60,190 nt of DNA from assembly GCA_035471625.1 (NCBI GenBank), contig DATIPT010000025.1:1-60190 (forward strand). Direction: 5' to 3'. The notes under the pieces are model-generated. The model was not told the DNA's origin and did no database searches. It saw only the letters and a list, made by a program, of their open reading frames with translations. The position numbers and the translations under genes are program-made. Positions 1 through 8,812 of this stretch are shown one piece after another. Each line of letters opens with the position of its first letter. Positions within the stretch are counted from its first letter, which is position 1. Origin of the DNA: Anaerolineales bacterium. GTDB lineage: Bacteria > Chloroflexota > Anaerolineae > Anaerolineales > E44-bin32.

Positions 1-387
1 TCCCCCAGGCTCGCACCACGCGCTTCCGCAGCCTGCTCTTTGCCTTTCGGCCGGAGAGCTTCTCCCAAGCCGGCATCCATGGGCGGTTCAAGAGTTGCCA
101 TAGTCGCATGCGGTGCGGCCTCGAGCACCGACGCCAAGGAAGGCGCGCCGGCGCCCGGAGGACGCATCCATCGCACCCTAAATGTAGAGGGCGCCAGCGG
201 CGAGCGACCATACAGTCCCCCTACACGAGGACCAACCCGCGATCCGGCGGGACCGGAGTACCAGGCAATCCGGCCTGGATTGGTCCGCAAGGCGTTGTTT
301 GGCATTCCGGAGGGAGACGGATAGACTTGGTCGGCGGCCTCCCGCAAGCCCTTGCCGAGGGAAGCCTGCCGATGAGCTGGCCCGCCG

Positions 388-1629
388 ATGCCCCCGCCCC
401 CCGCCCCGCCCCAGATCGAGCTCCCCCGCTTCCGGCCGTTCACGGCCCGGCAATCGGAGGCCGGGGCGCTGCGCGCCGTCCTCGACTACCTCGGGGTGCG
501 GGCCCCGCACTCGGGGGAGGCCTTCACCGAGGCGATGCTCTTTGGCCTGGGCGGCGGGATCGGCTTCTCGTACTTCGTCTTCGAATACCGGTCGGCACGC
601 CTCAAGACGCTGACGCTCGGCACGCGCATCACGACCCTCGAAGAGTCGTCCAGACCCCAGTTTGTACAAACGATCTGCGACCGGATCGGCGCCCCGACCC
701 GCGTCCTGCACCCGACGACGGTGTCGGCCGCCAACCAGGGAGTCCGCAAGGCGCTGGCCCAAGGGATCCCGCCGATCGTCTGGGTCGACCTCTCCGGTCC
801 CCCGTACCACTTCCCGGCGACGGCGGAGTACGCCGCCGCCGTGCTCTATGGATGGAAGGGGGATCAGGTGTTCCTGGCGGGCCGTTCTCGTCGCCCCATC
901 CCCATGCGCCGGCGGGCCTTTGAAGCCGCCCGCAGCTCGGTCGGCGTTCCCAAGTCGCGCGCCGTCCTCGTTTCCGCCCCCGACCACGAGGTCGGACTGA
1001 GCACATCGCTGCTGTCGGCGCTGCGCGAAACCCGCGACCAGATGGCCCGCGGGATTGACGTCGGTCCGTTCCGAGGCAATTTCGGGTTGACCGCCCTCGA
1101 GAAGTGGGCGGGGCTGCTCACCGATCCGGCGGACCGGAAGGGGTGGCCGCGGTTCTTTCCGCTTGGGCGGGATCTTCTGGCGGCCTTGCTGGCGGTGTTT
1201 GTCCAGATCGAAATGCGCGGCCGCGGCGGGGGGGCCTTCCGCGCGCTCTACGCCGACTTCCTGGAGGAAGCGGCGGTGATCCTCCGCCGGCGCAAGCTGG
1301 CCGAGGCGGCCGAGCCGTTCCGCCGCTCAGCCCGCGCCTGGCGCAGCCTGGCCCGGGCCGCACTCCCTAATGCCGTCCCGCAGCTGCGGGAGCTTCGCGA
1401 GATCACACTGGCCCGTGAGGCGCAGCTTGCCCGAGAGGGCGCCGCCGGCCTGTCGCGCGCCATCGAGATCACAGAGCAGGCCCGGCGACTCCGCCGGTCC
1501 CTGGAAGATGAATTCCCGATGCAGACCGACGAGGTGCTCGACCTGCTGACAGGCCTGCGCCAGCGGGTTCTGAAGGTCCACGCCCTCGAAGCGGCCGCCC
1601 TGCAAGCCCTGCGCTCCGCCTTGCGGTAG
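388..1629 (+). CDS. BtrH_N/DUF4872-like protein (C39/papain-like fold family), function unknown
   Basis: 413-aa ORF with coding-like G/C at third positions. The N-terminal segment SEAGALRAVLDYLG...EAMLFGLGGGIGFSYF resembles the butirosin BtrH N-terminal domain family as I recall it. Confidence 0.5.
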   Translation: MPPPPAPPQIELPRFRPFTARQSEAGALRAVLDYLGVRAPHSGEAFTEAMLFGLGGGIGFSYFVFEYRSARLKTLTLGTRITTLEESSRPQFVQTICDRIGAPTRVLHPTTVSAANQGVRKALAQGIPPIVWVDLSGPPYHFPATAEYAAAVLYGWKGDQVFLAGRSRRPIPMRRRAFEAARSSVGVPKSRAVLVSAPDHEVGLSTSLLSALRETRDQMARGIDVGPFRGNFGLTALEKWAGLLTDPADRKGWPRFFPLGRDLLAALLAVFVQIEMRGRGGGAFRALYADFLEEAAVILRRRKLAEAAEPFRRSARAWRSLARAALPNAVPQLRELREITLAREAQLAREGAAGLSRAIEITEQARRLRRSLEDEFPMQTDEVLDLLTGLRQRVLKVHALEAAALQALRSALR

Positions 1630-1658
1630 AGCGCACCGCCCACGGCCCGAGATCCGGA

Positions 1659-4127
1659 TCAAGACCAAGCCGGCTCGAGGGAACCGCCAGGGCCGGGAAC
1701 GTGGGGGCACCAGGCCAGTGCCACGAGCTGGACCGTGATCCCAGTTTTCTTCGGCCGGATCGAGATTGCCTCCAGGGTCTGATCGTCGGTGAGCGCATCC
1801 TCGATCGCCTCGACTTCGGCCTCGAACTCCGCTTCCATGGCCTCGAGTTGCTCCTGGACCGCTTCGGCGTTGGCCTCGGCCCGATCGATGTCCTTGGATT
1901 CTTTGAGCGATCGGCTGACGCCTCGGGCGGCGGTGGTGGCCCGGCCCAGCGTGGTCGCCGAAACCGCTTTCCGTCCGACGAAGGCCCCCAGCACCGTGGC
2001 TCCGAACGAGATCGCCGTCTGAGTCTTCTGGGCCTGGGCCTGCTCCGATTCACGCTCGACGGCCTGCTCGGCCCGGCGGAGTCGATCCTGGAGCCGGGTC
2101 AGTTTCGGGGCGTACTTGCGCCGCAGTTTCTCGACGGCCTCGTCGCGCCGCTCTCGGTGGGCCAGTCCGACGCGGGCGCCGAAGCTGGCCTCTGTCTCTC
2201 CCGGGTCCGAGACGACCCCCGTTGCGGGACTGCGCCACAGGTCCAGGCTGTAGCCGGAGGCGAGCCACGCGGTGAAGTCCTTCTTCCACCCGGCGTAGTT
2301 GGCGGCGCGGGCCCCGGGCGGCGGCAGGACCTCGTAGTTCGCAGCGGGCAAGCCCTGCTGGGCCAAATCGTTGGGGTTGAGCTGAATCGGCCGCGCCTCC
2401 GCCCAGTCGACCGGGATCGGCGCATCCTTGATCGCCGTCAGGAAGACTTCGTCGGCGGTGGTATCGATCTTCAACGTGCGGTCGGCGAAACGCATCCGCG
2501 CCACGCCCAGCAGCATCGGACGGTAGACAACCCGGCCGTCCTTCGCGCGACTCGGCAGGTAGACCTGGGGCACCGATTCCGGGAGCGCCGGCGCCGGGCC
2601 CATCTCGTCGGCGGCCCGCTCGGCTGTGGGCTCCGGTCTGGAAGCGGCCGGGCGCGAAGGTTCGCCTTTGCGATCGCTTCCCATCAGACTCTGGATTTGT
2701 TCGCGGGTCACAGGCCCGCGCAAGTAGGACAGGGTCCAGCGCGTCTGCAGCACACTGGGCCCATCTTCGTGGACGTTATTGACGAGGAAGACCCTCTTCT
2801 CCAGCCCACTGATCGCTTGATCGAGCCACTTGCGGGTCCAGCCACCTTCTTTCCGGGCGGCGACGCCCTCGAGGCCGTCCAGCAGCCTCTGCTTGTCGCG
2901 CTCCGTCTGGAGGCGCCCGACGAACCACGTGCCGGCATTGGCCAGACCCTTGTAGTCGAGGTCGGCCGGATTCTGCGAGGTCAGGAAGATGCCCAGGCCG
3001 TACGCCCGCGCCTGCTTCAACAGAGTCAGCATCGGCGCCTTCGACGGCGGCTCGGCGACCGGCGGGAAGAAGCCTAGGATCTCGTCCATGAACAGGATGG
3101 CGCGTAGACTGCCCGTCCCGGGCTGCGTCCGGATCCAGGCAAGGACCTCATTCAGCAACATCGTGACAACGAACATCCGCTCGGATTCGCTCAAGTGCGC
3201 GATCGACACGATCGAATGGCGCGGCTTCCCGCCCTCGGTCCACAGGAGCCGCTCGATCTCCAGCGGCTCGCCTTCGGTCCACACGTCGAAGCCCGGGGCG
3301 GCCACGAGGTTGTTGAGCGCCGTCACGAGATCCGAGCGCTGGGCAGCCGGGTACGAAGTCTCGAGGTCCAAGACGCCCAGCTTGTCGAAGGGTGGAGTTT
3401 GGACCAGCCCGACCAGGCGCGCCAGGTTGATCTCCTCTCCCCGGGTCCACGCCCAGTCCAGGAGGTTGGCCAGCAAAACGTGTTCGCGACTCTGGACGGG
3501 GTCGGCAGTGACCCCCAGCAGGCCAAGCAACCCGGAGACGGTTGCCCGGATCCGCTCCGTGTACAGGTCGGGGTCGTCGCGCAGAGAGGCCGGCGGGGCG
3601 GACAGGGAGCGGAGCATCGCCAGCGGCATACCCGATCGACTCCCGGGGGTATAGACGACGAACTCGGCCGCCTCGCGCAGGCGGGCAATGCGACCCCCCT
3701 CTTGTCCCCACGCCTGAAGGCCTTCCGCCCACCGCTTGGCCTGCTCCTCGGCGAACGCCTCGGGACTGATGCCCTTGCGGCTCGCTTCGTCGGCGTTCAC
3801 CCAGGGCAGAAAGTCCTCCCCTCGCAACTCAGGGAAGGTCAGCAGAAGATTGACCAGGTCGCCTTTGGGATCGACGATCAAGGCCGGGATCCCGTCGATA
3901 GCGGCCTCCTCGAGCACACCGATCCCCAGGCCGGTCTTGCCCGATCCGGTCATCCCGACGCACACGGCGTGGGTTACAAGGTCCTTGGCGTCATACAGGA
4001 ACAACTCATCCTGGACGTGGCCGGCCTTCAGGTCGTAGGTCTTGCCCAGGTAGAACGTCCCCAGCTTCTCGTATGTCTCTCGGCGAGCGCGCCGGGCGCC
4101 CGAGCCGGCCTTGCGGCGTGCGGACAT
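1659..4127 (-). CDS. P-loop NTPase, HerA/FtsK superfamily, YjgR/DUF853-like, with a long coiled-coil C-terminal extension
   Basis: 822-aa ORF. Walker A is GMTGSGKTG followed by IVDPKGDL, Walker B is ILFMDEI, and TSQNPADLDYKGL is also present. The C-terminal ~300 aa are E/A/R/Q-rich. GGAGGA lies upstream of the ATG. Confidence 0.65.
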   Translation of the reverse strand: MSARRKAGSGARRARRETYEKLGTFYLGKTYDLKAGHVQDELFLYDAKDLVTHAVCVGMTGSGKTGLGIGVLEEAAIDGIPALIVDPKGDLVNLLLTFPELRGEDFLPWVNADEASRKGISPEAFAEEQAKRWAEGLQAWGQEGGRIARLREAAEFVVYTPGSRSGMPLAMLRSLSAPPASLRDDPDLYTERIRATVSGLLGLLGVTADPVQSREHVLLANLLDWAWTRGEEINLARLVGLVQTPPFDKLGVLDLETSYPAAQRSDLVTALNNLVAAPGFDVWTEGEPLEIERLLWTEGGKPRHSIVSIAHLSESERMFVVTMLLNEVLAWIRTQPGTGSLRAILFMDEILGFFPPVAEPPSKAPMLTLLKQARAYGLGIFLTSQNPADLDYKGLANAGTWFVGRLQTERDKQRLLDGLEGVAARKEGGWTRKWLDQAISGLEKRVFLVNNVHEDGPSVLQTRWTLSYLRGPVTREQIQSLMGSDRKGEPSRPAASRPEPTAERAADEMGPAPALPESVPQVYLPSRAKDGRVVYRPMLLGVARMRFADRTLKIDTTADEVFLTAIKDAPIPVDWAEARPIQLNPNDLAQQGLPAANYEVLPPPGARAANYAGWKKDFTAWLASGYSLDLWRSPATGVVSDPGETEASFGARVGLAHRERRDEAVEKLRRKYAPKLTRLQDRLRRAEQAVERESEQAQAQKTQTAISFGATVLGAFVGRKAVSATTLGRATTAARGVSRSLKESKDIDRAEANAEAVQEQLEAMEAEFEAEVEAIEDALTDDQTLEAISIRPKKTGITVQLVALAWCPHVPGPGGSLEPAWS

Positions 4128-4154
4128 GATCCCTTCCTCCGATGGTGACGCGGG

Positions 4155-5234
4155 TCAACGCGCCATGGCGAACACGCGCTCGAATTCCTCCAGGAACCGG
4201 GCGGCAACCGCCGGTTCGTGGACCACGACCAGATTCTCGTCGTTGAAGAATTCGGCGCTGCGGCTCAGATTATACGAGCCGAAGACGACGATGGAACGAT
4301 CGATGACGATCACCTTGTGGTGCATGTTGTCGAGGTTTCCATCCAGATGGACATCGAGCCCGGCGTCCCGCAGCGCCGGCCACTGGCTCCCGAGGTTCTC
4401 GGCCTGGCCCGACTCGATCACCCCCCGGACGCGCACGCCGGCGGCGTCCTGCGCCAGCATCGCCTCGGCCAAGTCGGGCGAAGTGAAGGCAAACGCCAGG
4501 AAGTCGATCTGTGACTCGGCCCCCCGGACCAGCTCCACCAGCCGGTCCAGGGGCCGGTCGTCCGGGGCGAAGTAGATCTCCATCACCGAGCCGTCGTCCA
4601 GTCGTAGGTACAGCCCGGATCCCGGAGGCGAGAGTGCGCCGAACACGCCGTCAGCGAACATCTCTTCGAACTCGTCCCGAAAGGCGGCGGCCGCCTCGGC
4701 CGAACGGATCCGCACCAGGTTGTTGTCGTTGCGATAGCCGTCGCGTATGGTGTAGTTCATCGATCCGGTCCAAACCTCGGCGCCGTCGATCACGGTGAAC
4801 TTGTCGTGCATCAAGGGCTCGGCGCCGTCGGCGGCCACCGGGATCCCGGCAGCGATCAGCTCGGCCAGCTCGGGCGAGGCCAGGTTGTCACTCTCGACAA
4901 CCATCCGCACGGCGACGCCCCGCCGCTTGGCCGCCAGCAGGGCGTCACGGACGCTCCATAGATCCAGATCGTAGATCGCCATGTCGACCGCCGTTTCGGC
5001 CCGGTCGATGGCGCGGGCCAGGTCGGCGTCCGGCCCGCCCCGCAACGTGGTCGGGCGGTCCGGGTCGGGGCGTGTGAATCGAACCTCGAGACTGGCCGAA
5101 AGGCGCGGGTCGGGGGCTGGCAAGGTGTCCGGCGCCGATTGCCAAAGAAAGGCCGCGAACAGAACGAGGAGAGCGGCTCCGAAGATGGCCGCCCGGCCCC
5201 AGGGACCCGCGACTCGCCCTCGGTTCAGAGACAC
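4155..5234 (-). CDS. Phospholipase D superfamily protein with two HKD motifs and an N-terminal membrane anchor or signal
   Basis: Two HxK(x4)D motifs: HDKFTVIDGAEVWTGSMNYT and HHKVIVIDRSIVVFGSYNLS. Hydrophobic N-terminal segment AAIFGAALLVLFAAFLW. GTG start. Lies 27 nt upstream of the NTPase on the same strand. Confidence 0.8.
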   Translation of the reverse strand: MSLNRGRVAGPWGRAAIFGAALLVLFAAFLWQSAPDTLPAPDPRLSASLEVRFTRPDPDRPTTLRGGPDADLARAIDRAETAVDMAIYDLDLWSVRDALLAAKRRGVAVRMVVESDNLASPELAELIAAGIPVAADGAEPLMHDKFTVIDGAEVWTGSMNYTIRDGYRNDNNLVRIRSAEAAAAFRDEFEEMFADGVFGALSPPGSGLYLRLDDGSVMEIYFAPDDRPLDRLVELVRGAESQIDFLAFAFTSPDLAEAMLAQDAAGVRVRGVIESGQAENLGSQWPALRDAGLDVHLDGNLDNMHHKVIVIDRSIVVFGSYNLSRSAEFFNDENLVVVHEPAVAARFLEEFERVFAMAR

Positions 5235-5402
5235 TCAGGCCCCCAACCTACCTTGCGAGCGATCCGAAGGATGAGGACGACAGCCGTCATACCGCGATTA
5301 TAGGGGGCTTCGACCTCCCCGACGCCGCTACGGCCCCGCATGATGTTCCTCCCGGACCGGGGTGACGGGCTGCACGTGCCAAGGCCCACCGTAGAAACTA
5401 TT

Positions 5403-5418
5403 CTAAGGTCTGCCTTAA
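5403..5418. promoter_or_regulatory. Candidate metalloregulator operator (inverted repeat TAAGG-N4-CCTTA) in an AT-richer patch just upstream of the DtxR-family gene
   Basis: cTAAGGtctgCCTTAa sits 12-27 nt upstream of the ATG at 5430. It partly resembles the TAGG...CCTA core of DtxR/IdeR iron boxes. Third-position G/C drops between 5390 and 5429, which suggests this stretch is non-coding. Confidence 0.25.
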
Positions 5419-5429
5419 CTTTGGCTACG

Positions 5430-6110
5430 ATGACCGACACGATCGGGCCCAGCCCGGAGATGTATCTCAAGACCCTGCACGAGCTCTCGGTCAGCGACCG
5501 GCCGGTGAGCATCTCCGCCGTCGCCGACCGGATGGGCGTCAGTCCGGTCTCGGCGAGTGAGATGATCCACCGCCTCGAAGAGCGTCGGCTGGTCCGACAC
5601 CGGCGCTATCACGGCGTCACCCTCACCCGGTCGGGCAGGGAGCACGCCAAGTCCCTGATCCGCCGCCACCGCCTGTGGGAATGCTTCCTCCACGAGGAGC
5701 TCGGCTTGCCGTGGCAGGCGGTCCACGATCTGGCCTGCGAGTTGGAGCACGCCGCCCCGGACGAGGTGACCGAGGCCCTCAACCGCCGGTTGCAGTCACC
5801 GGCGAAGTGCCCACACGGGAATCCGATCCCGTCCGACGCCGCCCCCGAGCGGCCCACCGAAGCACCCGGCACCCCATTGGCGGACCTCTCGCAAGGGGAT
5901 CTCGGGGCTTTCCTCTCGATCCATCCAGAGACGTCCGAGGACCTGGAGTACCTAGCCCGCCACGGCTTCCTGCCTGGAACCGAGTTTCGCTTGGAACGGA
6001 TCGAGGTTGCCGATCAACTGCGCGTCCTTCGTCACGCTGGAGGGACGATCGTCATCGGGCCTTCCCTGACAGCGAGACTGCGCGTCCGTGGTACGGCGAC
6101 CCGCCGATGA
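5430..6110 (+). CDS. DtxR/IdeR/MntR-family metal-dependent transcriptional repressor with a C-terminal FeoA/SH3-like domain
   Basis: Matches the DtxR N-terminal HTH and dimerisation region: EMYLKTLHEL...ISAVADRMGVSPVSASEMIHRLEERRLV...LTRSGREHAKSLIRRHRLWECFL. I chose the start at 5430 because codons 5340-5429 have non-coding composition. Confidence 0.85.
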   Translation: MTDTIGPSPEMYLKTLHELSVSDRPVSISAVADRMGVSPVSASEMIHRLEERRLVRHRRYHGVTLTRSGREHAKSLIRRHRLWECFLHEELGLPWQAVHDLACELEHAAPDEVTEALNRRLQSPAKCPHGNPIPSDAAPERPTEAPGTPLADLSQGDLGAFLSIHPETSEDLEYLARHGFLPGTEFRLERIEVADQLRVLRHAGGTIVIGPSLTARLRVRGTATRR

Positions 6111-8083
6111 CTGTGGCCGAGGCGGCCTCCGCCGGCAGCACCGCACCATCGGTCGCGACGATCGCCCTGGTCGGCCAGCCGAACGTCGGCAAGTCGGCCC
6201 TGTTCCACCATCTGACCGGGATCTATGCGACCGTCGCCAACTATCCGGGGACAACCGTGGAAATCGCCCGCGCCGCCGCACGCGCGCTTCCCGGCGCCTT
6301 CGTCGTCGACACGCCCGGCATCATCGCTTGGCCCGGCCAATCTGAAGACGAGATCCTGACCAGCCGGATCCTGTTGGAGGAGCGGTTGGGCGCCGTCGTC
6401 CAGGTCGGCGACGCCAAGAATCCGCGTCGCACCCTGCTGCTGACCGTGCCGCTGGCGGAGACCGGACTGCCGCTTGTCCTTGCCATGAACATGTCCGACG
6501 AGGCGAAGGCCCGCCGGGTGGCCATCGATCCATCCGGTATCGCCGAACGGCTGGGTCTCCCAGTCATCCCGACCGTGGCCATCGATGGAAACGGCGTCGA
6601 CGCGCTCGTGCGCGCCATGGCGGGGGCCCGGCCGACTACCCTGCGAGTGGCCTACCCCGAGCCGATCGAGGATGAACTGGAGCGTCTTGCCGTCGAGCTT
6701 CCGGTGGCCGCCGTCTCCCCCAGGGCCCTGGGCCTCCTGTGGCTCCAGGAAGACCCCGCCGCCACGGCCTGGATCTCCGCCCACCTCGACACCGAGACGC
6801 TTCGCAAGCTCGAGGAGAACCGGAACGCCCTCCAGGCCACTCTAGAGGACCCCCTGGCGGAAATCATCCACCGGGCGCGACTGGCGTTGGTCGAAAACAT
6901 CCTCGGACCTGCGCCCGGCCTCGGTGCGGTCGGACCAGACGGTTTCGCCGCATGGCTGGGCCGGCTGTGCCTGCATCCGGTTTGGGGCGTCGGCATCCTC
7001 GCGCTGATCCTGCTCGGTGTGTATCTCTTCGTCGGAGTCGTTGGCGCCCAGATCCTCGTCGGATGGCTCGAGGAGCGTCTGTTCGGCGAGCTCCTCAACC
7101 CACTGGTCAACGATCTGGTCGCCGGGATGTCGCTCGGACCCTTTGTGACGGCCCTTCTCGTGGGCCCCTACGGCCTATGGACGATGGGGCTCACCTACGC
7201 GGTAGCGTTGATCCTCCCGATCGTCTCCACGTTCTTCTTCGCTTTCGGCCTGATGGAGGATTCTGGGTACCTTCCTCGCCTGGCCGTCCTGACCCACAAC
7301 GCGTTCCGGCGGATCGGATTGAACGGCAAGGCGGTCCTTCCGATGGTCCTTGGCCTGGGCTGCGTGACCACGGCCACCGTGACGACGCGCATCCTCGAAT
7401 CCCGGCGCGATCGACTCTTGGCGACCGTCCTGCTCGCCCTGGCCGTCCCGTGTTCGGCTCAGCTCGGCATCGTCCTGGGGGTCCTTGCGGGCATCTCGTT
7501 CTCGGCGAGCGTGATCTGGGCGGCGGTCGTCCTCGGCCTCTTGTTCTCGGTCGGCTGGCTGGCGGCGCAGCTTGTCCCTGGCGAACGGACTCCCCTGCTC
7601 CTCGAGATCCCGCCGCTGCGCCCACCCCGGGTCCGGAACACAATCGTCAAGACCGGCGCCCGGCTCGACTGGTACATGCGGGAGGTCGTTCCCTTCTTCC
7701 TGCTGGGAGCTCTGATCGTGTTTCTGCTGGACTGGGTCGGCTGGCTCAACGGACTGGCCCGCCTGAGCGAGCCGCTGGTCACCTCGTGGCTCGGACTCCC
7801 GCCGGAAGCCGGGCTGGCGTTTCTCCTGGGCTTCCTTCGTCGGGATTTCGGAGCGGCCGGCCTCTTCGCGATGGCCAGCGGCGGCCAGTTGAGCGACGTT
7901 CAAGCTCTCGTGGGGATGGTCACGATCACCCTGTTCATACCCTGCCTCGCTGCGGTCATGATGATTGCCCGCGAGCGAGGCTGGCGAAATGCCATTGCCA
8001 TCTCCGCACTGGTGATCCCATTGGCCTTTGCCGTCGGAGGCGTCCTTCGCCTCATCCTCCTGGCACTAGGATGGGGTTCATGA
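6107..8083 (+). CDS. feoB: Ferrous iron transporter FeoB
   Basis: N-terminal G-domain IALVGQPNVGKSALFHHLTG...DTPG, followed by a polytopic membrane domain. The ATG overlaps the DtxR stop (ATGA at 6107-6110). The longer ORF from 5675 is an out-of-frame read-through of the regulator gene. Confidence 0.92.
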   Translation: MTVAEAASAGSTAPSVATIALVGQPNVGKSALFHHLTGIYATVANYPGTTVEIARAAARALPGAFVVDTPGIIAWPGQSEDEILTSRILLEERLGAVVQVGDAKNPRRTLLLTVPLAETGLPLVLAMNMSDEAKARRVAIDPSGIAERLGLPVIPTVAIDGNGVDALVRAMAGARPTTLRVAYPEPIEDELERLAVELPVAAVSPRALGLLWLQEDPAATAWISAHLDTETLRKLEENRNALQATLEDPLAEIIHRARLALVENILGPAPGLGAVGPDGFAAWLGRLCLHPVWGVGILALILLGVYLFVGVVGAQILVGWLEERLFGELLNPLVNDLVAGMSLGPFVTALLVGPYGLWTMGLTYAVALILPIVSTFFFAFGLMEDSGYLPRLAVLTHNAFRRIGLNGKAVLPMVLGLGCVTTATVTTRILESRRDRLLATVLLALAVPCSAQLGIVLGVLAGISFSASVIWAAVVLGLLFSVGWLAAQLVPGERTPLLLEIPPLRPPRVRNTIVKTGARLDWYMREVVPFFLLGALIVFLLDWVGWLNGLARLSEPLVTSWLGLPPEAGLAFLLGFLRRDFGAAGLFAMASGGQLSDVQALVGMVTITLFIPCLAAVMMIARERGWRNAIAISALVIPLAFAVGGVLRLILLALGWGS

Positions 8084-8553
8084 GAGCGCGCTGCCCGCTT
8101 TGCGGCCACGGTTTCGAAACTGGGGAATCACTCGCCTGCGGATCGTGCCCCATGGCCCGGGGCTGCAAGGCGATATGCTGCCCTTCCTGCTCCTACTCCT
8201 GGGTCGAACCGAGCCATTCACCGGTCGGCCGCTGGCTGGCACGATGGCTTCGCTATGCTGAAGATGCAGGCCCCGCCGACGCCCGCTCTCTGGCCGACGT
8301 GCCTCCCCTCCGCCGGGCCCGGATCTTGAGCTGTGGCGATCTCCCCCATCACGGACGCCGCCGCCTGCGGGCCTACGGACTCGCTGATGGCGGCGTCGTC
8401 ACCGTTCTTCAACAATCCTCGGCGACCCTGATCGTACTGGACCACGTCGAAATCGCCCTTGAGACCGATCTCGCCCGGTCGATCCTCGTCGAAATCATCG
8501 AGGGTGAAGGGACGGAAAGGCATCCCGAGCGTCACCGGTCTCCCACCGGGTGA
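8080..8553 (+). CDS. feoA: FeoA-domain protein with an N-terminal eight-Cys zinc-ribbon/FeS-like extension
   Basis: N-terminus: MRARCPLCGHGFETGESLACGSCPMARGCKAICCPSCSY. C-terminal FeoA/SH3-like segment: LADVPPLRRARILSCGD...GLADGGVVTVLQQSSATLIVLDHVEIALETDLARSILVE. The ATG overlaps the feoB stop. Confidence 0.65.
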   Translation: MRARCPLCGHGFETGESLACGSCPMARGCKAICCPSCSYSWVEPSHSPVGRWLARWLRYAEDAGPADARSLADVPPLRRARILSCGDLPHHGRRRLRAYGLADGGVVTVLQQSSATLIVLDHVEIALETDLARSILVEIIEGEGTERHPERHRSPTG

Positions 8554-8812
8554 CCGGAGTGCCTGTAAGTACAGGCCGAGGTCTATTTGTGCCCGCCTTC
8601 ACAAGGCCCGGTGGCGTGGCCCCGGGGTCCACTATCTGGCGTCACAGGCCGGAAGCCGTCCCAGCCTTGGCGCCTCCACACCTCCACCGGCGTTCCTGAT
8701 CACCTCTCTTGCGGGCTTTCCCCTCTTGCGGCGCGGAAAAAAAGGATGGTGTACAATGCGCCGAGAGCGTGCCCCCGGCAAGCGCGCCAATCATGCTGAT
8801 GGGAGGAGACCC

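Noticed and set aside
1-387. A GC-rich stretch with several short hairpins and an open frame 1 (1-324). I considered a C-terminal gene fragment, a minus-strand gene start (ATG at 101 or 80), RNase P, tmRNA, SRP RNA, and cobalamin, TPP, c-di-GMP or guanidine riboswitches.
   Set aside because: Third-position G/C in frame 1 is clearly lower than in the real genes, and the peptide is P/R/G/A-rich. I could not find any of the invariant RNA motifs I know: GGAAAGUCC for RNase P, a tRNA-like end for tmRNA, GGAAGCAGCC for SRP, or a B12 box with its partner helices. It is left unassigned; a cmscan against Rfam would settle it.
5675-6106. N-terminal 144 codons of the 802-aa ORF containing feoB, and the first 447 codons of the 604-aa ORF 6739-8553.
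   Set aside because: These stretches are alternative frames of the DtxR-family gene and of feoB, and they translate to Arg/Pro-rich sequence. The real starts (6107 and 8080) overlap the preceding stop codons.
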